A DNA stretch of 63,761 bases, counting the filler, from Octopus bimaculoides (taxonomy: Eukaryota): assembly GCF_001194135.2 (NCBI RefSeq). It is 4 parts of 4 records of this genome, joined end to end, with 100 filler letters (N's around TTAATTAATTAA, not from the genome) between each part and the next. Parts side by side here need not be neighbours in the genome. Positions count along the whole stretch, not along the records: positions 54,060 to 59,885 come from NW_026415604.1; positions 59,986 to 63,761 come from NC_068990.1; 2 more parts are not named here. One strand, given 5' to 3'. The translations under genes and the position numbers were made by a program. Positions 54,102 to 63,761 of this stretch are shown here, in pieces. Within the stretch, counting starts at the first letter, position 1, and every line of letters starts with the position of its first letter. Under the pieces are notes generated by a model that had not been told where the DNA came from, did no database searches, and saw only the letters and a program-made list of their open reading frames with translations.

Positions 54102-55512
54102 ATATATAACTAGGTATATATGCATGTAGGTATGTATATATGTAGCTATGTGTGTATAGACCTATATTGTGTTACTGATGCACTTTTATTATATATCTAC
54201 ACACACACACATATATATACTCACAAACATGCATATATATTTATACTCACACACATAAATATACAGCTTATGTTACTAATATATTTCTATATTATTATAC
54301 ACACGCACACACACACAACAAACTGCATACGCCCATCTTCACCCTACTTGTTTTGGTTTTCTTTTTTCATCCCTCTCTCATCTCATTCTGCGTTTCATTT
54401 ACAAATCCTGACCTTGTGACCCAAAAACTTTACCCAACCCTTCTCCTCCACCCAAGACCCTATTTGATTTCCGGTGGCGACAAACCACCACTATTGTTGT
54501 CAGTGTTTTTACTTGCAGACTTTGACCCTAAGCAGATGTTATTCCGTAACGTCTGCTTAGGGTCAAAGTGGTTGTATGGTAAGAAGCTTACTTCCCAACC
54601 ACATGGCTCCTGGTTAAACGATAATGATGGGGTTATTTAGCAAACTAATGCTGTCAGTCTTTCTTTACAAGACCAGTGGTGATAGGGAACAGGTAGGGAA
54701 TGCTTGACCCTGCACTTATGCAGCCATAGGAAGAACACTATGCTGTTTTGTGTTGTTAAACCTTCATTTCTTGAAGCAACAAGCGAATTTGGATACTGAT
54801 ATGAAGAATGCTGGAAAAAAAAAAAATAACAAAACAACGGAAGATAACAAAACAAATATTAATAAAAAAACAAAAACAAAAGAAAACCCAAAGAATTCTT
54901 CCAAATTTTCAAACATATTTGGTCAAAGTTACTTTTTTCTGAAAATATACAGAACAATCTTCTCTGGTTTGTGTTCTTATAATGGAATCTACACCCAGAG
55001 AATGGTCAAACAGTATGCAGAAATCACAGCTTTAACAAAAAAACGGGGGAAATAAAAAAATTAAAAAAATCTTAAGAATAAAAAGAAAAAATTAAAATTT
55101 AATCAAATATAAGTTATAGTTAAAAAGAAAAAAACAACAACAAAAATATTAATAAATTAATTTAAACAAAAAATATATAATAAAAACAATAAAAAACAAA
55201 AAAAAACAAATAAATAAGATCAAAAAACCACAGGATTTTTTTTGTTTTTCACAGAAGTAGCAGTTTTAAGGAATGATTAACAGTGCATGTGTTTGTAATT
55301 TGTTTTTTTTTGTTTTATGCGTTGTTAATGTTTAACCCCAGGTAAAAACCACATTGAAGGAGGCTATGATCATAGACACACCAGTCTTGACCATCCAGTC
55401 TTTTCTCCATCAATCTTTAATTTATTTTCTGTTGTGTGTTCTGCGTGCATGTGTGTGTGTTTGTGTGCACATATATATATAAAAACAATAACACTGATGG
55501 GTTGAGGTTTTC

Positions 55513-55557
55513 TACAGCTGTTTCAGATGTGTAACATATATATACTGTCACTCTCAG
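55513..55557 (-). ncRNA. Degenerate hammerhead-ribozyme-like motif
   Basis: Minus strand CTGA(-)GA-GTGACA/gtatatata/TGTTAC-ACATCT-GAA-ACAGCTGT-A. Same stem III palindrome as 19428; GUA triplet; core has a 1-nt deletion. Confidence 0.45.
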
Positions 55558-55559
55558 TG

Positions 55560-55810
55560 GGACAACCTGCTTGTGAAATTAACATGCAAATGGCTGAGCA
55601 CCCCCACAGACACACATACCCTTAACGTGGTTCTTAGAGAGATTCAGCATTACACAGAACGTGACAAGGCTGGCCCCTTTGCAATTACTGGTACAACTTA
55701 GTTTTGCCAGTTGAGTGGACTGAAGCAAGGGTGAAATGAAGTGTCTTGCTCAAGGACCTTATGATCATGAGATGAATACTTTAACCATGAAGCCATGAGC
55801 CTGCACTGTA
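55560..55810 (-). mobile_element. SINE family 3
   Basis: GAGTGGACTGAAGCAA…AAGTGTCTTGCTCAAGGAC…TTTAACCATGAAGCCATG. Confidence 0.75.
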
Positions 55811-56004
55811 TATATATGTGTGTGTGTATACATATACACACACAACAGCCAATAACAGATGTGGACTTTCCCTATAAATCTTTGCTCATGAAGCCCAAGC
55901 CATGGATGGATATATATTTTATGTATGTGTGTGTATATATATATATGTATATGTATGTTTATATATATATATATATATATATACATACATATGTCTATAT
56001 ATAC

Positions 56005-56160
56005 ATGTATATGTACATATATGTATATGTACATATATGTATATGTACATATATGTATATGTACATATATGTATATGTACATATATGTATATGTACATAT
56101 ATGCATATGTACATATATGCATATGTACATATGTGTATATGTACATATGTGTATGTATAT
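56005..56160. repeat. 16-bp minisatellite GTACATATATGTATAT
   Basis: Several near-perfect tandem copies, decaying at the ends. Confidence 0.85.
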
Positions 56161-56334
56161 ATACATATGTGTATATGTATGTATATATATGTATGCATAC
56201 ATATATATATATATTTATGACCATTAAATTAATACCCTGCATTTGTTGTTCTTTTTCATGTTTCTTTTTTTTTTTTAATATTTTTGAACCATATAGATAC
56301 GCACACACACACTCACATACATACATATATAATA

Positions 56335-56985
56335 CATATGAGGGATCAGGAAACCATGCTGGTACTGTGGAGGACATTTGCCCTCAGCCGTCTGGACTAC
56401 TGCTCTCAACTGTGGTCACCCTACACTGTAGGATTAATAGCAGAACTTGAGGTGGTTCAGAGATACTACACAAGGAAGATTGCATCAATGGAACAGCTGA
56501 GCTGCTGGGAGGGACTGAAAGAGCTACAATTCTACTCCCTGGAGTGAAGATTGGGGAGGTATGCAGTGTTATATGTATGGAAGATACTGGAAGGGCTGGC
56601 ACCAAACTTTGGAATTGAGTTATACCAGACCTCGATTTGGACAACACTGCACTGTTCCAAAAGTCTCAGCTGTCTCATCCAAGGTGAAGACCACGTACTG
56701 CAATAGCTTGGGATTCAAGGCCCCACAGATATTTAACTCCTTGTCAAAACATCTGAGGGATCTCCATGGAATGGGGGTAGATGTTTTCAAGAAGCAAATT
56801 GACCTCTTGCTGTCCAAGATCCCAGATGAACCAATATCAAGACAGGAAACTCAAAAGAGGGCAGTGGTATTGAACTCACTCCTTCACCAAAAGCCGATCC
56901 CATAGAATTGGCCAATTAAAAAATCATTACACTGGCAGTGCTCCAGCATGACCATAGTCTCAAGGTTGAAACATATACAACAAGG
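56335..56985 (+). mobile_element. 3' end of CR1-clade LINE with 3' UTR
   Basis: [19 protein letters not shown]…[12 protein letters not shown]…LKELQFYSLE…FNSL…FKKQIDLLLSKIPDEP. Confidence 0.9.
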
Positions 56986-57100
56986 GTCGCCACCACCCCC
57001 TGCCGGAGCCTCATGGAGCTTTAGGTGTTTTCGCTCAATAAACACACAACTCCTGGTCTGGGAATCGAAACTGCGATCCTCCAACCTTGTGCCTCCATCC

Positions 57101-57143
<43 letters not shown>

Positions 57144-57151
57144 TATGCACT

Positions 57152-57198
<47 letters not shown>

Positions 57199-57891
57199 NN
57201 NNNNNNNNNNNNNNNNNNNNNNNNNNNNNNNNNNNNNNNNNNNNNNNNNNNNNNNNNNNNNNNNNNNNNNNNNNNNNNNNNNNNNNNNNNNNNNNNNNNN
57301 NNNNNNNNNNNNNNNNNNNNNNNNNNNNNNNNNNNNNNNNNNNNNNNNNNNNNNNNNNNNNNNNNNNNNNNNNNNNNNNNNNNNNNNNNNNNNNNNNNNN
57401 NNNNNNNNNNNNNNNNNNNNNNNNNNNNNNNNNNNNNNNNNNNNNNNNNNNNNNNNNNNNNNNNNNNNNNNNNNNNNNNNNNNNNNNNNNNNNNNNNNNN
57501 NNNNNNNNNNNNNNNNNNNNNNNNNNNNNNNNNNNNNNNNNNNNNNNNNNNNNNNNNNNNNNNNNNNNNNNNNNNNNNNNNNNNNNNNNNNNNNNNNNNN
57601 NNNNNNNNNNNNNNNNNNNNNNNNNNNNNNNNNNNNNNNNNNNNNNNNNNNNNNNNNNNNNNNNNNNNNNNNNNNNNNNNNNNNNNNNNNNNNNNNNNNN
57701 NNNNNNNNNNNNNNNNNNNNNNNNNNNNNNNNNNNNNNNNNNNNNNNNNNNNNNNNNNNNNNNNNNNNNNNNNNNNNNNNNNNNNNNNNNNNNNNNNNNN
57801 NNNNNNNNNNNNNNNNNNNNNNNNNNNNNNNNNNNNNNNNNNNNNNNNNNNNNNNNNNNNNNNNNNNNNNNNNNNNNNNNNNNNNNNNNNN

Positions 57892-57933
<42 letters not shown>

Positions 57934-59272
57934 TGTGTGTGTGTAAATATATATACAAAATATATATATATTTTTTTTTGCCAATAACTTGCAGATGCAA
58001 GTGGTACCAGTTGAAAGCCCTGCATACTTGATACTAGCAAGTTTATGGGGTCACCAGGAGAGAATGCGTGCTATTTCGGGGCCTTATTCTCGACGGCATC
58101 ATTGTGCATTGGCCATCCCCATTCACTGAAATGAGACCCTGCTTGCTAGATCAACTGGTTATTAGGTTTATATATACATACTTACATACACATATATATA
58201 TATAATGCATTTAATGGCATATGAGATACACTTTTCAAAAAGATGTCTCAAATCACCCCAGGTAAGCTAATTATGAACCCAATTCTAAATATGTGCTGTT
58301 GAATTGAGGTGCATCTCATTTGTTCATGCATCTTTTATGCCATCAAATATGATACATAGATAGATAGATGGATATATAGATAGATAAGCAGAAAATAGAT
58401 TGATAGATAGAGAGATAATTAGACAAATCAATAGACAGACAGACAAACAGATGGATATATTGATAGATAGATAGATAGAAAAGTAAGTAGGTAGATGAAC
58501 AAATCGACAGACAGATAGCTAGGTAAGTAGATAGATACACAGATCAATNNNNNNNNNNNNNNNNNNNNNNNNNNNNNNNNNNNNNNNNNNNNNNNNNNNN
58601 NNNNNNNNNNNNNNNNNNNNNNNNNNNNNNNNNNNNNNNNNNNNNNNNNNNNNNNNNNNNNNNNNNNNNNNNNNNNNNNNNNNNNNNNNNNNNNNNNNNN
58701 NNNNNNNNNNNNNNNNNNNNNNNNNNNNNNNNNNNNNNNNNNNNNNNNNNNNNNNNNNNNNNNNNNNNNNNNNNNNNNNNNNNNNNNNNNNNNNNNNNNN
58801 NNNNNNNNNNNNNNNNNNNNNNNNNNNNNNNNNNNNNNNNNNNNNNNNNNNNNNNNNNNNNNNNNNNNNNNNNNNNNNNNNNNNNNNNNNNNNNNNNNNN
58901 NNNNNNNNNNNNNNNNNNNNNNNNNNNNNNNNNNNNNNNNNNNNNNNNNNNNNNNNNNNNNNNNNNNNNNNNNNNNNNNNNNNNNNNNNNNNNNNNNNNN
59001 NNNNNNNNNNNNNNNNNNNNNNNNNNNNNNNNNNNNNNNNNNNNNNNNNNNNNNNNNNNNNNNNNNNNNNNNNNNNNNNNNNNNNNNNNNNNNNNNNNNN
59101 NNNNNNNNNNNNNNNNNNNNNNNNNNNNNNNNNNNNNNNNNNNNNNNNNNNNNNNNNNNNNNNNNNNNNNNNNNNNNNNNNNNNNNNNNNNNNNNNNNNN
59201 NNNNNNNNNNNNNNNNNNNNNNNNNNNNNNNNNNNNNNNNNNNNNNNNNNNNNNNNNNNNNNNNNNNNNNNN

Positions 59273-59426
59273 TGACCCTAGTGTGTAACTGGTACTTATT
59301 TCATCAACCCCAAAAGGATGAAAGGCAAAGTCGACCTCGGCAGAATTTGAACTCAGAACGTAAGCACAGATGAAATGCTGTTAAGCATTTTGCCCAGCGT
59401 GCTAACGATTCTGCCAGCTCGCCGCC

Positions 59427-59473
<47 letters not shown>

Positions 59474-59672
59474 CCTTTCTACTACAGGCACAAGACCAGA
59501 AATTTGGTGGGGAGGGGACTAGTCGATTGCATTGACCCCAGTTGTTTCACTGGTACTTAATTTATCGACCCCAAAAGGATGGAAGGCAAAGTCAACCTCG
59601 GCAGAATTTGAGTCCAGAATGTAAAATTGGATGAAATGCCCAGCGTGGTAACAATTTTACCAGTTCATCCCC

Positions 59673-59705
<33 letters not shown>

Positions 59706-59706
59706 T
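59273..59706 (-). mobile_element. Two head-to-tail SINE family 1 copies interleaved with (TAA)n
   Basis: Heads CTCGCCGCCTT (about 59418-59428) and TTCATCCCCTT (about 59664-59674) are each followed directly by (AAT)n. Confidence 0.9.
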
Positions 59707-61483
59707 CATTCCCAAACAAGCCTTATTCAGGGACCTTTTGTGTAGGATGGGCCACTGAAGAAAATTCTCACTGGACCCCACCTGCAAGCAAGGTCAGGTG
59801 CTGCCCATCTTGATATGAGATCACCATGTCATGTGCATATGGTCGTGATGCATGTGCCTGGTGTACCCTTATCAGACGGGTAGTCNNNNNNNNNNNNNNN
59901 NNNNNNNNNNNNNNNNNNNNNNNNNNNNNTTAATTAATTAANNNNNNNNNNNNNNNNNNNNNNNNNNNNNNNNNNNNNNNNNNNNATATATATATATATA
60001 TATATATATATAGGAATAGGTGTGTGTCTATATGTATAAATATGTTCACACAACTATATGCCTATGTCAAACCAGAGTTCACATTTTCACCTAGTAACAC
60101 TCTAACCCTGCTCAAATATTCATAATGTAACACAAAACACATTAGTACGATGTCGGGTAATATTGAGAGCTTTGGCCCATTCTTGTAAAAAACTGAAAAA
60201 AAAAAAGAAGAGTAAGGCAAGTAAAATGTTATAGTTGGGTTTTCATTTATCCCCTTTATAAGTAAACATCTGTGACGCCAAACACAGTGTCCTAATATAC
60301 AACTATCAAAAGATGATAACCATGCATCTACCAATAGGACTTTTACGTCCATGTGTGAACTTAGGTCTCCGGATGCGTTTATCTATATATATATTCGTAT
60401 TTTGAAATGTTTCTTGTCTGAAAATAAAACACTGATGTCAAACTCACAACGTTACAAAATTATATTAGACACATTTAAAACTATATTTCTCTGATTTCAA
60501 ATATACGCTCGCTACTTCTCCAATAAAATATACGGTCTACAAAGTTTGAATAACCGTAACTGTATATAGCCATATATGCTTAAATGTATATACANNNNNN
60601 NNNNNNNNNNNNNNNNNNNNNNNNNNNNNNNNNNNNNNNNNNNNNNNNNNNNNNNNNNNNNNNNNNNNNNNNNNNNNNNNNNNNNNNNNNNNNNNNNNNN
60701 NNNNNNNNNNNNNNNNNNNNNNNNNNNNNNNNNNNNNNNNNNNNNNNNNNNNNNNNNNNNNNNNNNNNNNNNNNNNNNNNNNNNNNNNNNNNNNNNNNNN
60801 NNNNNNNNNNNNNNNNNNNNNNNNNNNNNNNNNNNNNNNNNNNNNNNNNNNNNNNNNNNNNNNNNNNNNNNNNNNNNNNNNNNNNNNNNNNNNNNNNNNN
60901 NNNNNNNNNNNNNNNNNNNNNNNNNNNNNNNNNNNNNNNNNNNNNNNNNNNNNNNNNNNNNNNNNNNNNNNNNNNNNNNNNNNNNNNNNNNNNNNNNNNN
61001 NNNNNNNNNNNNNNNNNNNNNNNNNNNNNNNNNNNNNNNNNNNNNNNNNNNNNNNNNNNNNNNNNNNNNNNNNNNNNNNNNNNNNNNNNNNNNNNNNNNN
61101 NNNNNNNNNNNNNNNNNNNNNNNNNNNNNNNNNNNNNNNNNNNNNNNNNNNNNNNNNNNNNNNNNNNNNNNNNNNNNNNNNNNNNNNNNNNNNNNNNNNN
61201 NNNNNNNNNNNNNNNNNNNNNNNNNNNNNNNNNNNNNNNNNNNNNNNNNNNNNNNNNNNNNNNNNNNNNNNNNNNNNNNNNNNNNNNNNNNNNNNNNNNN
61301 NNNNNNNNNNNNNNNNNNNNNNNNNNNNNNNNNNNNNNNNNNNNNNNNNNNNNNNNNNNNNNNNNNNNNNNNNNNNNNNNNNNNNNNNNNNNNNNNNNNN
61401 NNNNNNNNNNNNNNNNNNNNNNNNNNNNNNNNNNNNNNNNNNNNNNNNNNNNNNNNNNNNNNNNNNNNNNNNNNNNNNNNNNN

Positions 61484-61519
<36 letters not shown>

Positions 61520-62222
61520 TGAGATAGAGAGAGAAAGATAAGAGACAAAGACACGTACATCTGCATTAGATATAGACTCACATGAGTATATTAATACGCT
61601 TATAATTATCAATATTATTATTATTTTTATTATCATCTTTATTATCATCATTTCATCATCAGTAGTAGTACTAGCAGCAGCAGCAGAAGCAGTATCATCA
61701 TCATTATTATTATTATTATTATTATTAGTAGTAGTAGTAGTATTAGTAGTAGTAGTAGTAGTAGTGGTAGTAGTGGTAGTAGCAGCAGCAGTAGTAGTAG
61801 TAGTGGTATCGTTATTACAACATTACAAGTCTCGGTTAAAATGTTCAAATAGGATAAAGATAATGGCCTCCTGTCTATCGACGAATAATAACACGTTATG
61901 TTATTGGAAGTCTTGACGTTTAGCAATATTCACATCCACATTGAACCGACGCTACATAGTATTTGTACCATAAGCATCAACATTGACAGGAACCTCGCAT
62001 CAAATAGTAATTACATATATATNNNNNNNNNNNNNNNNNNNNNNNNNNNNNNNNNNNNNNNNNNNNNNNNNNNNNNNNNNNNNNNNNNNNNNNNNNNNNN
62101 NNNNNNNNNNNNNNNNNNNNNNNNNNNNNNNNNNTATATATATATATATATATCTTTTAGATGTCTAGGATGGACTATGCTAGACGCATTCGTAGTGAAT
62201 ATAATGTCAGCACTGGAACAAT

Positions 62223-62650
62223 TCACAGACAGTTAAGACACACATCACGGCTGTAACGTGAAGAAATTAACACTTGCTTCAAAGTAGTTCCATATTGAAT
62301 CTTCGATGCTACTGCCAAGCATATTGAACATTGTCTTGTAATGCCATAGTATCCAGTTGATGTGATTTTGGGGAGATAAATATTTAGACAAGTTTTAGAG
62401 GAGGTCATTGAACAAATATGTATGCAAACACTCAAACACAGCCATACGATAATGGTAACAGTGACTTTCGTCCACCTTTCGCCCTCTTTGCCCTCGTCAG
62501 ACTTTACTATACTTAGGATCCTTTTTGTTTTTATGTAGTCTTTGGCAAAACTAAAGCCAAATGCATCACATCTGTAGTACACCCGGATGAACGCTAGTAG
62601 GCGAAAATAAGGGATTCTCTTCTTCCAAAATGTAAATAGAAAATGCTCAG
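62223..62650 (-). other. Stop-free 142-codon frame in unique sequence, possible exon
   Basis: CCTTTTAG acceptor-like site, then EHFLFTFWKKRIPYFRLL…TKVTVTIIVWLCLSVCIHIC…CLNCL*; no family recognised. Confidence 0.2.
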
Positions 62651-62919
62651 CTAAAAGGCGTTGTGTAATTGCTTTTATACATAATAATACATGCATATAC
62701 ATATTAATGAAATGTGTATCTATGTATGAATTTACATTTCTATATTCACCTGTGCGTGATTGTGTATTTATAAATATATATAATATATACACATAAATAA
62801 TGATAATAATAATAATCATAATATGGTAACTATAACTAATACTAACAATGCTAAATATAACAATAACTATAACAATAACAATAAAAATACATAAGATAAT
62901 AATACACCTATATAATTAA

Positions 62920-63761
62920 TAATAATATAGATAAATATAATAAAATCTGCTTAATAATACCATTTTTAGTTAAATCAAATTTTACGATTATTAATAAACA
63001 TTTTAATATTAATAATAGATATTATGAAATAATTAATAATAAAACTATTAATATTGGATATAGTTTAACTCACAACCTATCTACTATTATATCTTCCATA
63101 AGCAATAAGGAACTAGACAAATTCTACTTAAATAGAAACACCTACAATAAGAACTACTTTAAGTCCCTTGAACTCTGCACACATTGTATTTAATTCAAAT
63201 AACCCTGTTTATTATACCAGTGCATCTCATAACAACAGAATCCTTAGAACTAACACTATAATAACAAATAACTCTCCCTCATCAACTATACATACAAATA
63301 ATAATGCTTATAATAATTGTGGTTACATGATTAGAAATAATTATTTATTTAAGAACGCATGGAAAATAAAGAGCATAATATATCAATGCACACTTAAAAC
63401 TTTAGAAAAAAAAATAGTATTATATTGGGACAACTGAAAATATAATGAAAAATCTTATTTCTACCCACCATATATATTTAGAAATAAACATAAATCCAAC
63501 TCGACAAGACTAGGTAAATGTATCTGGGAGCTTAAACATAATAATATCAATTTTGGTATTCAATGGAATATAATAGCTTCAGCGCCTTTTTATAAAATTA
63601 ATAATAAAAAATATTTTATTTGTTTAAGTGAGAAATCTTTTATTTTTACTACTAAATACCCCCTACTTAACCTTAGAGAAGAAAAATATTTTCTTGTTTA
63701 CACGTGAGAAAATAGGAATTGTCCAAATATAAATTTCTAATAATAACCCAATTACCTCTTT
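62920..63761 (+). mobile_element. Old Penelope-like element: RT-EN linker and GIY-YIG endonuclease remnant
   Basis: NKHFNINNRLYEIINNKTINIGYSLTHNL; KSIIYQCTLKT…YIG.TE; CIWELKHNNINFGIQWNIIASA; CLSEKSFIF. Confidence 0.8.

Overview
AT-rich, microsatellite-dense animal genomic DNA with about 8 kb (roughly 12%) of N gaps. The tRNA-derived SINE families, (AT)n/(GT)n/(ATT)n/(TAGA)n load and TTAATTAATTAA gap markers point to an octopus (coleoid cephalopod) draft scaffold; this is inference, not a database match. No complete host gene is recognisable; most long ORFs in the track are microsatellite or gap artefacts. Recognisable content is decayed transposons. DNA transposons: a full-length pogo (POGK-like) element with both TIRs, mariner, maT (DD37D) and rosa-like (DD41D) remnants, and hAT, piggyBac and mariner MITEs. 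Retroelements: R4/Dong-like, RTE, CR1, Tx1/L1-like and Penelope-like fragments, plus many SINEs. Most notable: (1) three Penelope-type minimal hammerhead-ribozyme-like motifs; (2) a modular SINE system whose 3' tails match LINE ends in the same window (one tail matches Tx1-like ends, another family matches a CR1 3' UTR) and which clusters in (ATT)n arrays; (3) several fold-back structures (145-bp inverted duplication, 140-nt hairpin, 30-bp perfect IR); (4) a weak, phase-compatible chain of three small candidate exons.
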